NCBI GenBank assembly: GCA_040222015.1 | Contig: JAVJWO010000134.1 | Location: forward strand, 39,035 to 103,034 | Direction: 5' to 3' | Length of the DNA stretch: 64,000 nucleotides | Origin: Coleofasciculus chthonoplastes F2-STO-03 | Lineage (GTDB): Bacteria > Cyanobacteriota > Cyanobacteriia > Cyanobacteriales > Coleofasciculaceae | In this document: positions 47,986 to 58,141 of the stretch, one piece after another | Layout: each line of letters begins with the position of its first letter | How positions within the stretch are numbered: the stretch's first letter is position 1 | Notes under the pieces: model-generated | The model's input: the letters and a program-made list of their open reading frames with translations, nothing else | Databases searched by the model: none | What the model was told of the DNA's origin: nothing | Position numbers and translations under genes: made by a program

Positions 47986-50709
47986 ATGCTAAGTCAACAA
48001 GTATCAACTGTATTGAATAAACCTAAAATAACGATATTAGTGGTTGACGATAACCCCAATAATTTACGCTTTTTATCGAATGTATTGGAGAAAGAACATT
48101 ACAATATTCAACGAGCTATTTGTGGTAAACTCGCCATCAATGCGGCAATAACGTCGCCTCCTGATTTGATTTTACTGGATATTGTCATGGCGGATATGGA
48201 TGGGTATAGTGTTTGTCAATGTCTGAAGTCAAATCCAAAAACCCAAGACATTCCGATCATTTTTTTAAGTGCGTTGACGGAAGCGGCTGATAAAGTAAAA
48301 GCCTTGAAAATTGGGGGGGCTGACTATATTACTAAACCGTTCCAACCGGAAGAAATTCTAGTTCGCATCGAAAATCAACTACTCCTGCAACGATTACAGA
48401 ACCAGTTAAAAGAACAAAATAGTCTACTCCAACAAGAAATTCGCGATCGCCAGCAAGCTGATAACCAACTTCGAGAACAGGCAAGACAGCTTAGTCATCA
48501 AAATAATTTACTGCTAAAACTGGCTAAAAATCAAGTCTTATATAAGGGCAATTTAGAATTAGCGTTTCAGGAAATTACCGAAGTTACGGCTCGTACTCTT
48601 GAAGTTGAACGAGTCAGTATTTGGCTCTATAATATCCAAAAAACTCATATTGAATGTCTGGATTTATTTCAGCAAAGTACCTGCCAACATAGTGCTGGAT
48701 TAAATCTAGCCCTAGCGAACTATCCTATTTATTTCAACGCTTTAATTGAAACCTCCTTGGTTGTAGCAGATGATGCGATGCGCGATTTCAGAACCCGTGA
48801 GTTGATTGAGCCTTACCTACAGGAATTAAACATTACATCAATGCTAGACGCTCCGCTACGATTAGGGGGAGAAACTGTCGGGTTGTTATGCATCGAACAG
48901 ATAGAAACCAGCCGACATTGGACAGCAGAAGAACAAAACTTTGCCCGTTCTATTGCCGATATTATTTCATTACGCTTAGAATCCCAAGAACGTCAACGAG
49001 CCGAAGTTGCCCGTCAAATTTCAGAAGAAAAATTTGCCAAAGCATTTAGTTGTAGCCCTGATCCGATTACGATTACCACCTACCCAGACGGACGTTATAT
49101 TGATGTAAATCATAGCTTTCTTGAGCTATTGGGATATGAGTGGCAAGCCGTAATTAATCATACGATGTTTGAGCTGAACGTGATAGTAAAACCAGAGAAT
49201 ATGGTTCAATTTGAACAGCGTTTACATCACCAAGGATCACTGGATAATTGGGAAACAGAATGGCAGACTAAATCAGGAGAGATTATTACCTTGTTATTGT
49301 CGGCTGAGTTTATTGAGTTGCATGGAAAACGCTGTGTAATCACCGTTGGTAAAGACATTACCGAACGCAAGCAAATTGAAGAAGATTTACGCCAAAGTAA
49401 AGAACGCTGGCAATTAGTGTTAAAAGGGAATAATGATGGAATTTGGGATTGGAATTTGCAGACAGGTGAAGTGTTTACATCGGAGCGGTTTCAGGAAATT
49501 ATCGGTAATCAAAATTGCCACGATGACAAATGCAAAATTGTACATCGTTTCGATGAATGGCTCAGTCGTATCCATCCCGATGATGTGGATGAAATCATTG
49601 AAACTACCCAAAAGTATTTAGAGCAAAAAATTTCGTATTATGAAATCGAATATCGCCTGAAATGCCAAGATGATACCTATAAATGGGTATTATGCCGGGG
49701 ACAAGCCCTGTGGGATGAGGACGGAAAACCTCAGCGGATGGTGGGTTCACTCAAAGATATCTGCCAACGCAAACAAGCCGAGGAAGCCTTACATCAATCG
49801 ATTCAACGAGAACAGGAAAAATCGACCCAACTGGAGACAGCATTGGCTGAAATCAAACGTGTCCAAACTCAACTGATTCATAATGAAAAAATGTCCAGCT
49901 TAGGGCAAATGGTGGCAGGTGTAGCTCACGAAATTAATAATCCTGTCAACTTTATTGGCGGGAATCTCATGTATGCTAAAAATTATTTTGTCGATCTCAC
50001 TCGCTTAATTAATGCCTATAGTGAAGCTTATCCCCATCCCCCAGACGCCATTCAAGAGATTATTGAGGATATTGATTGGGAGTTCGTCAGTGAGGATTGG
50101 CAGAATGTAATCAAATCGATGGAGATAGGTGCTGAGCGCATTCAGCAAATTGTTCAATCCTTACGCATTTTTTCACGACATCATGAATCCGAACGCAAAG
50201 CCATTGATATTCATGAGAGTATCGATAATACCTTAATCATTTTACGGCATCGGCTGAAAGCATCAGGCGAGCGCCCGAAAATCGAAGTCAGTAAACATTA
50301 CGGAAACCTACCGCAAATTACCTGCTATGCTAGTCAACTAAATCAAGTGTTTATGAACTTACTCAGTAATGGAATTGATGCCTTAGACAATAAACCTGTC
50401 CCCCGACACATTAAAATTAGTACCGAAGTGGTTCAAAAGCATCAGAGTTCCGACGAGAATGGAGATGAACCACCAGCAACGGAATTCGCGGTGATTCGGA
50501 TTGCGGATAATGGTGAAGGAATTAATGCCGATATTATTCCCCAAATCTTTGATCCATTCTTTACTACAAAACCAGTCGGACGCGGTACAGGATTAGGCTT
50601 ATCAATTAGCCACGAAATTATTGTCGAAAAACACCAAGGTCAACTTTACTGTGTTTCTAGTCCGGATCAAGGAACGGAGTTTATTGTGGAAATTCCTATT
50701 GTAAAATGA
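47986..50709 (+). CDS. sensor kinase REC-GAF-PAS-PAS-HisKA-HATPase
   Basis: LILLDIVM, SMLDAPLR (GAF), GIWDWN/IHPDD (PAS), VAHEINNP, FDPFFTTKPVGRGTGLGL. Confidence 0.92.
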   Translation: MLSQQVSTVLNKPKITILVVDDNPNNLRFLSNVLEKEHYNIQRAICGKLAINAAITSPPDLILLDIVMADMDGYSVCQCLKSNPKTQDIPIIFLSALTEAADKVKALKIGGADYITKPFQPEEILVRIENQLLLQRLQNQLKEQNSLLQQEIRDRQQADNQLREQARQLSHQNNLLLKLAKNQVLYKGNLELAFQEITEVTARTLEVERVSIWLYNIQKTHIECLDLFQQSTCQHSAGLNLALANYPIYFNALIETSLVVADDAMRDFRTRELIEPYLQELNITSMLDAPLRLGGETVGLLCIEQIETSRHWTAEEQNFARSIADIISLRLESQERQRAEVARQISEEKFAKAFSCSPDPITITTYPDGRYIDVNHSFLELLGYEWQAVINHTMFELNVIVKPENMVQFEQRLHHQGSLDNWETEWQTKSGEIITLLLSAEFIELHGKRCVITVGKDITERKQIEEDLRQSKERWQLVLKGNNDGIWDWNLQTGEVFTSERFQEIIGNQNCHDDKCKIVHRFDEWLSRIHPDDVDEIIETTQKYLEQKISYYEIEYRLKCQDDTYKWVLCRGQALWDEDGKPQRMVGSLKDICQRKQAEEALHQSIQREQEKSTQLETALAEIKRVQTQLIHNEKMSSLGQMVAGVAHEINNPVNFIGGNLMYAKNYFVDLTRLINAYSEAYPHPPDAIQEIIEDIDWEFVSEDWQNVIKSMEIGAERIQQIVQSLRIFSRHHESERKAIDIHESIDNTLIILRHRLKASGERPKIEVSKHYGNLPQITCYASQLNQVFMNLLSNGIDALDNKPVPRHIKISTEVVQKHQSSDENGDEPPATEFAVIRIADNGEGINADIIPQIFDPFFTTKPVGRGTGLGLSISHEIIVEKHQGQLYCVSSPDQGTEFIVEIPIVK

Positions 50710-50723
50710 AAATAATAAATTCT

Positions 50724-50781
50724 TGTTCCCTGTTCCCTGTTCCCTGTTCCCTGTTCCCTGTTCCCTGTTCCCTGTTCCCTG
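50724..50781 (+). repeat. heptamer tandem repeat (TGTTCCC)x8, STRR type
   Basis: Read directly from sequence. Confidence 0.9.
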
Positions 50782-50785
50782 ACAA

Positions 50786-52390
50786 ATGACAAACTACGCA
50801 ATTGATTTTGGCACAAGCAATACTGTCGTAACTCGCTGGAACGCCGCCACGGGAGAAGCGGAAACCGTCAACCTACCCGGATTATCAATACAACTTGCCC
50901 AAAATCCGCCCCTGATTCCCAGTTTGGTCTATGTTGAGGATGCCCAAAAGGGTAATGTTATTATCGGTAAAACCGTGCGCGATCGCGGCTTAGATCTTAC
51001 CACCGATCCTCGCTTTTTCTCCAGTTTTAAACGGGGGATAGGCTCACAGATTCAGGGATTTTTGCCGGAATTGGATGAACAAACTATCAGTTTTGAGCAA
51101 ATTGGACAATGGTTCCTCAGCCAAATTATCGCCAAACTCTCCCCCTCCCCCACAGACACGATTGAATCCTTAATTCTTACCGTACCCGTCGATAGTTTTG
51201 AGGCGTATCGCCACTGGTTAACAGGGGTTTGCCAATCCTTACCCGTGGAACAACTGCGGATACTGGATGAACCAACCGCCGCCGCTTTGGGGTATGGTGT
51301 AGCAGAAGGTGAAACCCTCCTCGTGGTGGATTTTGGTGGGGGGACTTTAGATTTATCCCTGGTGCAGTTAAATCAAGAGGTACAAACGGGAACAAAGCCC
51401 CTGGGGTTTATCCTTAAATGGGGGGAAAAAGTCTTAGGTGAACGTTCGGGACAAAAGCCCAAAATAGCGCGGGTACTCGCCAAAGCAGGGCAAAACTTAG
51501 GCGGTTCAGATATTGATAACTGGCTGGTGGATTATTTTGCCCAAACCCAGGGAATTTCGCGATCGCCCTTAACCACGCGATTGGCGGAACGACTGAAAAT
51601 TAAGCTATCTGCAGAACCGACAGCAACAGAAGTTTACTTTAATGATGAAACACTAGAGAGTTATGAACTGAATCTGGATCGGCAAACCTTTGAAACCATT
51701 TTAACGGATCACCAATTCTTTGATAACCTGAATCAGAGAATGACCCAACTCCTGCAACAAGCACGGCGTAGTGGCATCGAAGTCGCAGACATTGATGCGG
51801 TATTATTAGTGGGGGGAACCGTAAAAATTCCCGCCGTACAAAGTTGGGTGAAGCAATATTTTAACGCCGAAAAGATTCGTTCCCGCAAACCCTTTGAAGC
51901 CATCGCCCAAGGCGCATTACAATTAGCTCAAGGCATAGAAGTCCAAGACTTCCTCTACCATAGCTATGGGATTCGCTACTGGGATCGACGGAATAACTGT
52001 CACAATTGGCATTCCATTATTAAAGCCGGACAACCCTATCCGATGAGTAATCCCGTGGAATTAGTATTAGGGGCGTCTGTAGAGAATCAACCGAGTATTG
52101 AGTTAATTGTCGGAGAATTAGGCGCAGAAACCGGAGCAACCGAGGTATACTTTGAAGGCGATCGCTTAATCACGCGCCAACTCGGTGGCGGCAAAACCGC
52201 AGTACAACCCTTAAATGATCGCGACGGTGCCAGAACCATTGCCCAGCTTACACCCCCAGCAAATCCGGGGCGCGATCGGATTAAACTCAAGTTTTCAGTG
52301 GATCGCGATCGCGCTTTACGATTAACAGTAGACGACTTACTCACCGAGCAAACCGTCTTACAAAACCAGATAGTCGCTCAATTAAGTTAA
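50786..52390 (+). CDS. Hsp70-family (DnaK-like) protein
   Basis: AIDFGTSNT, DEPTAAALGY, VDFGGGTLD, LVGGTVKIP. Confidence 0.9.
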   Translation: MTNYAIDFGTSNTVVTRWNAATGEAETVNLPGLSIQLAQNPPLIPSLVYVEDAQKGNVIIGKTVRDRGLDLTTDPRFFSSFKRGIGSQIQGFLPELDEQTISFEQIGQWFLSQIIAKLSPSPTDTIESLILTVPVDSFEAYRHWLTGVCQSLPVEQLRILDEPTAAALGYGVAEGETLLVVDFGGGTLDLSLVQLNQEVQTGTKPLGFILKWGEKVLGERSGQKPKIARVLAKAGQNLGGSDIDNWLVDYFAQTQGISRSPLTTRLAERLKIKLSAEPTATEVYFNDETLESYELNLDRQTFETILTDHQFFDNLNQRMTQLLQQARRSGIEVADIDAVLLVGGTVKIPAVQSWVKQYFNAEKIRSRKPFEAIAQGALQLAQGIEVQDFLYHSYGIRYWDRRNNCHNWHSIIKAGQPYPMSNPVELVLGASVENQPSIELIVGELGAETGATEVYFEGDRLITRQLGGGKTAVQPLNDRDGARTIAQLTPPANPGRDRIKLKFSVDRDRALRLTVDDLLTEQTVLQNQIVAQLS

Positions 52391-52646
52391 ATGTTCGTAA
52401 GTGGGTGGACACAATTAAAGTTAACGAACGGTTGAGATTAGGGAACTCTTAACAGGGAACAGGGAGACATCCAGTTACTAAGACTAATGAAGTGGACTTT
52501 ATTTTCCGATAACCATTACTTCCCCTGCTTTCCTTGAAGGGCGGGTTTAGCTAAGTTATCAGACATCGACAGAACGCTATTAGTAAAACCCGCCCCTACA
52601 CCCTTACTCCCAGACGTAGCTACCTTCTGCCTTCTAGCTTTTTGTC

Positions 52647-52895
52647 CTAGGATTCCTGTTCCTTGTGCAATAATTCCTGTTTAGAATCACTCCAGTAGGC
52701 GCTATACGTCCAGACTTCACGACTTCCTTTATTTTCTACTGACCAACGATAAATAGCAGATTTTGGATTAACCCCAACCTCAATCAGCTTCGCTCCCATA
52801 TAATATTCCATCTGGCGCTTAGTCATGTCCTTCGCACCACTGGGTTGACTCTTAGAGATTGTGCGAGACATGTGGGCTTGAGTCGGTTTTGGCAT
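52647..52895 (-). CDS. small hypothetical protein
   Basis: 82-aa ORF, divergent from GT2 gene, plausible composition. Confidence 0.7.
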   Translation of the reverse strand: MPKPTQAHMSRTISKSQPSGAKDMTKRQMEYYMGAKLIEVGVNPKSAIYRWSVENKGSREVWTYSAYWSDSKQELLHKEQES

Positions 52896-52970
52896 CGTTT
52901 TCTAGTATTAATGGTAAATCAACATATCTTATTGTTTCATGTTTGACTGTCACTAAAGAGGGAATTAAGT

Positions 52971-54158
52971 ATGGATCTCAGTCTATGTATGATTGTGAAA
53001 AACGAGGAAGCCAGTTTACCCCAAGTTTTGGAGAGTGTGCAGCCAGTTGTGGATGAAATGGTGATCCTAGATACTGGATCGAGCGATCGCACGGTTGATA
53101 TTGCTACAGATTATGGGGCAAGGGTTTATCATTTTCAATGGTGCAATGACTTCTCTGCTGCCCGCAACCATGCGCTGCAATATGTGCGAGGGAAGTGGGT
53201 GCTGGTGCTGGATGCGGATGAGGTGTTAACGCCGAAAATTGTACCCGAAATCCAACAGGCGATAAAAAACGATCGCAACTTGGTGATTAATCTGATCCGT
53301 CAAGAAGTGGGTGCGACTCAATCGCCCTATTCCCTGGTATCCCGTTTATTCCGCCATCACCCCGATCTCTATTTTTCTCGCCCCTACCATTCTCTGGTGG
53401 ATGATAGTGTCAGTCAATTGGTGCAGCGAGAACCGGATTGGCAGGTGATTTCCCTGTCTACGGTGGCTATTTTACATTATGGCTATCAACCGAGTGCGAT
53501 CGCGTCGTTGGATAAATATACTCGCGCCAAGAAAGCAATGGAAGGATTTCTGGCTGATCATCCGAATGATCCCTACTTGTGCAGTAAATTGGGAGCGCTT
53601 TATGTGCGAATCGGTAAAGTGGAGAAGGGGATTAGCCTGCTGAAGCGTGGATTCACGGATTCACAGGTAGATGCTGCTGTATTATTTGAATTACATTACC
53701 ATTTAGGCAATGCTTACAGGAAACAGAATCAACTCCAACTAGCGGCAGATCACTATCAAGACGCCATCCAGCAACCGATTCTCTCCCAACTTAAACTGGG
53801 AGCCTATAATAATTTAGGCAATTTGTTATTCAGCGTGGGCGATTTAACCACAGCGAAACGGGCATACCAAACCACGGTGAACATTGATCCGAGTTTTGCC
53901 ATGGGATACAATCACCTGGGGATGACCTTAAAAGCCTTGGGACAGTGGGAAGCCGCGATAACTGCTTATCAAAAAGCGATTCAACTGAATCCCGACTATG
54001 CCGACGCTTACCAAAACTTAGGGGTTGTATTATTTAAACTGGGACGAATACCTGAAAGTTCAGTAGCATTTGAGAGTGCGATCGCCCGTCATCAAGTCAG
54101 CAATCCCCAGGAAGCGCGACGGTTACGTCAAGAGTTGCAAGGGATGGGGCTGCGATAA
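52971..54158 (+). CDS. glycosyltransferase family 2 with TPR repeats
   Basis: LSLCMIVKNEE, DTGSSD, DFSAARN, LDADE; C-terminal AYNNLG TPRs. Confidence 0.92.
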   Translation: MDLSLCMIVKNEEASLPQVLESVQPVVDEMVILDTGSSDRTVDIATDYGARVYHFQWCNDFSAARNHALQYVRGKWVLVLDADEVLTPKIVPEIQQAIKNDRNLVINLIRQEVGATQSPYSLVSRLFRHHPDLYFSRPYHSLVDDSVSQLVQREPDWQVISLSTVAILHYGYQPSAIASLDKYTRAKKAMEGFLADHPNDPYLCSKLGALYVRIGKVEKGISLLKRGFTDSQVDAAVLFELHYHLGNAYRKQNQLQLAADHYQDAIQQPILSQLKLGAYNNLGNLLFSVGDLTTAKRAYQTTVNIDPSFAMGYNHLGMTLKALGQWEAAITAYQKAIQLNPDYADAYQNLGVVLFKLGRIPESSVAFESAIARHQVSNPQEARRLRQELQGMGLR

Positions 54159-54292
54159 GGGGAAGCTGGGGGAGCGGAGGGAGCAGGGGGAGCGGAGGAA
54201 GCTGGGGGAGCGGAGGGAGCAGGGGAAGCTGGGGGAGCGGAGGGAGCAGGGGAAGCTGGGGGAGCGGAGGGAGCAGGGGAAGCTGGGGGAGA
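54158..54292 (+). repeat. purine-rich 9/27-bp tandem repeat (GGGGAAGCT GGGGGAGCG GAGGGAGCA)
   Basis: Read directly from sequence. Confidence 0.85.
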
Positions 54293-54334
54293 GAATTTAC
54301 AAATGACGAATGACGATCCACAATGTCCACCTAC

Positions 54335-55288
54335 TTACCCTCTGCGTTTGTGTCGATCGCGCATCCATTGGATTATACAACCGATGGGCAGGGCAATGAG
54401 CAAGGCAATAATAATATGAATAAAGACATTGACACCATTGTAGGTGGTACATTTCACCACACCTGCACCGGGACAAATCGGTGTATCGGAGTTGGTTTGA
54501 TTCTGGATAAAGGTTTGGATGGGTTGGGAATCGACTTGGGAGGATATCCCACTCACGGCTAATCCGGTTCCCACCACAGCTATCCACAGTTCTAGGTTTT
54601 GCAGCTTTTCATCTAAAGTGCGTTGGCGAAGCCTGTTCCTTCGGAACGTATCGCGTTCTGCCTGATCTAAGTCTACGATACCCCGCACGGTTTCTAGCAT
54701 TTGTCCGAATAACTCTTGTCCGGGTGACAGATAATTAATATCGGTTTGGATTTGCTGTTTCCAGACGTGACTCTGGCGCAGGAATTCGTCCCAGAATTGG
54801 GGTATAGTGCCAATTTGGGCGATATTGCCTTTTTTGGTGTCAAAGTTGGTAAGATTGGTTTCCATCGCCGTCTGGTGGGCGCGTAAGTCACGTAAGCATC
54901 GGGCGTATTTGAGGGCGGTGTGGGGGATAGTGATGTCGAGGTGGGGAGAATCGGGGGAGAGGGTGAGATCAATGGCGTAGGTGTCATTGAGGCGAAAGGG
55001 TTGGAGATTGGCGGTGATTTTGAAGCCATCGGCGGTGGAGATAGCGCCTAAATCGATATCTTGGGCGTGGGTAAGCCAGTACGTTTTTTGTCCGGGTTCG
55101 TTTTCGGGAATGTATTCGGTGTTGGTGTAGCAGATCAGGTGAGATTTCAGGGTATTGAGTCCAGGGAAATGTCCCAGATTAGTCAGATTATCCCATAATA
55201 GGGCGGCATCATCCGCCACGCGATCGGGGGCGTCGGTGAGGGTTTGACGCAGGTGGAAGGCGTAGAGGGTGAGGCTGAGGTTTTTCAT
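54335..55288 (-). CDS. hypothetical membrane protein
   Basis: 317-aa ORF with coiled region and two C-terminal TM segments. Confidence 0.65.
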   Translation of the reverse strand: MKNLSLTLYAFHLRQTLTDAPDRVADDAALLWDNLTNLGHFPGLNTLKSHLICYTNTEYIPENEPGQKTYWLTHAQDIDLGAISTADGFKITANLQPFRLNDTYAIDLTLSPDSPHLDITIPHTALKYARCLRDLRAHQTAMETNLTNFDTKKGNIAQIGTIPQFWDEFLRQSHVWKQQIQTDINYLSPGQELFGQMLETVRGIVDLDQAERDTFRRNRLRQRTLDEKLQNLELWIAVVGTGLAVSGISSQVDSQPIQTFIQNQTNSDTPICPGAGVVKCTTYNGVNVFIHIIIALLIALPIGCIIQWMRDRHKRRG

Positions 55289-55451
55289 TTATTGGTTATG
55301 GGTCTTATGTCCTTTGTCATTGGTCATTTGTTGATGGAAATTGCCGACATTTTCATTAGCCTATAATACAGAATATCTGTAGGGGTACGGCACTGCCGTA
55401 CCCTGTTTAGCAGGTTTAATTGGAGATATCGCCCCTCACCCCCAGGTTGAG

Positions 55452-55469
55452 CTTAAGTTGACACCAATG
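55452..55469. mobile_element. isolated end of the 18-bp-TIR MITE (CTTAAGTTGACACCAATG) abutting a half REP (CACGTCGGTGCGCCCCTAC)
   Basis: Identical to TIR at 35007-35024. Confidence 0.75.
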
Positions 55470-55569
55470 CACGTCGGTGCGCCCCTACGGATATATTGAA
55501 AATTGTTGTTGGCAATATCCATCCGAAAACTATGATACTGTTGGCAATTCGTGTAATTTGTAGTTCTGT

Positions 55570-56229
55570 ATGACGAGCAATACCCCAACGACAGACACAA
55601 CTCCTAGTTTTATTTCCCCAGCAGTTACTCCCAAACCAGCCCAAGATACGCCTCCTATCAAACTTGGAATTATGGTATCGGGGAGTGGTACAAACTTTGA
55701 AGCCATCGCCCAAGCGATCGCAGATAGGCAACTCCATGCCCAAATTCAAGTGATGATCTACAATAATCCTGGCATAAAAGCCCTCGCCAGAGCCGAAAAA
55801 TTTGGTATTCCCACCATTCTCCATAATCACCGAGATTACAAAAAACGGGAAGCCCTCGATGCTCAAATCGCCCAGACATTGAAGCAATACCAAGTTGAAC
55901 TTGTGGTTATGGCGGGTTGGATGAGAATTGTTACCCCAGTCTTGATTGATGCATTTCGCGATCGCATTCTCAACCTTCATCCTAGTCTCTTACCCAGTTT
56001 TAAAGGGATTCGCGCCGAAGCAGAAGCCTTAGCCGCTGGGGTCAAAATTACAGGTTGCACGGTTCACTTAGTTAGCCCAGAAGTCGATAGTGGACCCATT
56101 TTAATCCAAGCCGCCGTTCCCGTGCTTCCCAACGATACGCCAGAGACACTACACGCCCGGATTCAAGTCCAGGAACATCGCATTTTACCCCAAGCGATCG
56201 CCCAGCTTGTAGTTGCGCTTGGGCGCTAA
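55570..56229 (+). CDS. purN: phosphoribosylglycinamide formyltransferase
   Basis: SGSGTNFEAI, MAGWMRI, LNLHPSLLPSFKG, GCTVHLV..VDSGPI. Confidence 0.96.
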   Translation: MTSNTPTTDTTPSFISPAVTPKPAQDTPPIKLGIMVSGSGTNFEAIAQAIADRQLHAQIQVMIYNNPGIKALARAEKFGIPTILHNHRDYKKREALDAQIAQTLKQYQVELVVMAGWMRIVTPVLIDAFRDRILNLHPSLLPSFKGIRAEAEALAAGVKITGCTVHLVSPEVDSGPILIQAAVPVLPNDTPETLHARIQVQEHRILPQAIAQLVVALGR

Positions 56230-56341
56230 AAATCCCAGCATCGCCGACTATAAACCCAGGACTTACGCAGCCACTATATATTGGTTAAGGTGCGTTACGC
56301 TACGCTAACACACCCTACATATAGAGCTTTTGCGTAAGTCC

Positions 56342-56443
56342 TATAGCACTGAGCGCTTGTGTGTTTACACATTAGAAATGGAGGCTTTATCAGGAGGCTT
56401 TTAGAACACTTGTACTGTAATTATGCTAGAGCGCACTGCGATA
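56342..56443 (-). mobile_element. ~102-bp MITE-like repeat (TATAGC ends), reverse-complement homologue of 62581-62683
   Basis: Shared core TTTACACATTAGAAAT.GAGGCTTTATCAGGAG..TTAGAACA.TTGTACTGTAA. Confidence 0.75.
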
Positions 56444-56520
56444 AAACCTTGATCGGAGCGGGTTTATTGCCATCGTATTGGCTCCGATTATTCGGTAAAC
56501 CCGCCCCTACTAGCTAACAG

Positions 56521-57324
56521 CTAGTTCTTTTGCCGTTTTGACAGTTGTCGTTTGAACAAACCGCCAAATCCTAGAGCTAGAGTAGACCCTAAAATAGTCA
56601 TAGGTTCTGGAACAGGTTCAATCCCAGCGATATGGACAACCATGTCATTGAAATCTTTGTCAGAACTATTGAAAGGCTTATCCTCAAAAGCAATGATGAA
56701 CTCAGTATCCACGAATGTTCCGGCTTGAAAATCGCCAATTTGGAGAACAGTGTCATTATCACCTTGGTAAACTAACGCTTGGGGATCTCCATTTTTATTA
56801 TGAATATCCTCAGTGTAGAAAATGTCATTGGGAGTATCTAGATAAAAACCAAATGCTCCATTAAACCCCGCACCAATTATGTCATCACCAATTTTGACGT
56901 TGCCATTATTAAAGAAGTCAATTGATACTCGTCCAAAGGGTTTATCACCTCCCGTAAAAATCTGAGCTTTGTTGTTTTTATCATCGGCGCTATACAAACC
57001 AAATAGGTTGAGGTCATCATAACCAGCTATTTCAGCGACCAGAGTTCCTTTTAATCCACTGCCTGAAGTGCTTTTAAACAGTGCGAACGGTTTCTGATCG
57101 TTGACAGCATCAATTTGACCTGGTTCGCCGTCGGTAATACTATCTAAAACTTCCTGAAGTGTATCTTCTGTACCATTATCACCCAGAGGGTTAACAGGTC
57201 GGTCGTTGAGGGGATCGGCTAACGCCCCATTGCTGCAAACCATTACGGTTCCTAAAGCAACAAGAGTTGTTCCTACTGTAGCGATTGAAGAAAAGCATTT
57301 CATGACGATAAACCTCGTGATCAT
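56521..57324 (-). CDS. PEP-CTERM sorting domain exoprotein (DUF4114-like)
   Basis: Signal peptide, IAFED..DKDFNDMVV, PVPEP + TM + basic tail. Confidence 0.9.
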   Translation of the reverse strand: MITRFIVMKCFSSIATVGTTLVALGTVMVCSNGALADPLNDRPVNPLGDNGTEDTLQEVLDSITDGEPGQIDAVNDQKPFALFKSTSGSGLKGTLVAEIAGYDDLNLFGLYSADDKNNKAQIFTGGDKPFGRVSIDFFNNGNVKIGDDIIGAGFNGAFGFYLDTPNDIFYTEDIHNKNGDPQALVYQGDNDTVLQIGDFQAGTFVDTEFIIAFEDKPFNSSDKDFNDMVVHIAGIEPVPEPMTILGSTLALGFGGLFKRQLSKRQKN

Positions 57325-58141
57325 TGTTGGGTGAACATCAGACTTGCAAGGGGTTGTCTAGGATTTCCCTTTTTTCCCCGCTTTGAAGCAAGTCCGTTGA
57401 GGGTGAAAACTCAACCACAACAAAGATCCGAAAAGCCCACGAAAAGCCGATCGCCAATTAGTGAATTTAGTGTTACACTAATAATCAGGAAAAATTGAAA
57501 TTACCGATCAGCTAGACATCTCCATTCTTGTCGTTAGTCAAGCAAGATGAGAATTGTCTGGCTTTCTACTGGCTTTCTATCAGATGGCTGAATTCGATTT
57601 ATACCCTCGTTGGAGAAGACAGTCAGCGATAGGTGGCTCGGTTAGGACAAAAAAGATTTTAGGGGATAAAAATTAAATTTTCTGTCTTGAGTGAGCAGAT
57701 ACCTTTGGCTTACCTGTTTTTCCCTTACATGAGTAATAATACCGAACTTCTCCGAAGAAAAGTGCAAAAAAGTCAAGTCTTCATCAATACTTTATCGAGT
57801 TAATGTATGTAAAATTTTATGGATGTAAACACTCGTTTACATTTAATTAATCTTTAATCGGACACAGGATCGTCCACCTCACTGACTTGCCAGTCATTAG
57901 TGTTTCATTACTTCCCTGTGAATTGCTAAAGTTTCTTGTCGGATTCCCTCGAATATATTTCTATATGTTTCGCGATGTAAAACATTTGTGACTAAAGTAG
58001 CGGTTTTCTATAAGGTAAATTTATATCAAAGTCATTAATGGAATTCCCCATTAGCTTCATCGACGCTTTATATTTGAGTTCAATAGAGCGCTCTAGAAAG
58101 CAAAAACCCCGACTTTTTCAAGAAGCCAGGGTTCTAAGGCT

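Noticed and set aside
54070..54330. Pro/Leu- and Gly/Glu-rich short ORFs
   Set aside because: Translations of the purine-rich 9-mer tandem repeat.
55453..55980. 175-aa minus-strand ORF
   Set aside because: Antisense to purN and ends in a MITE terminus.
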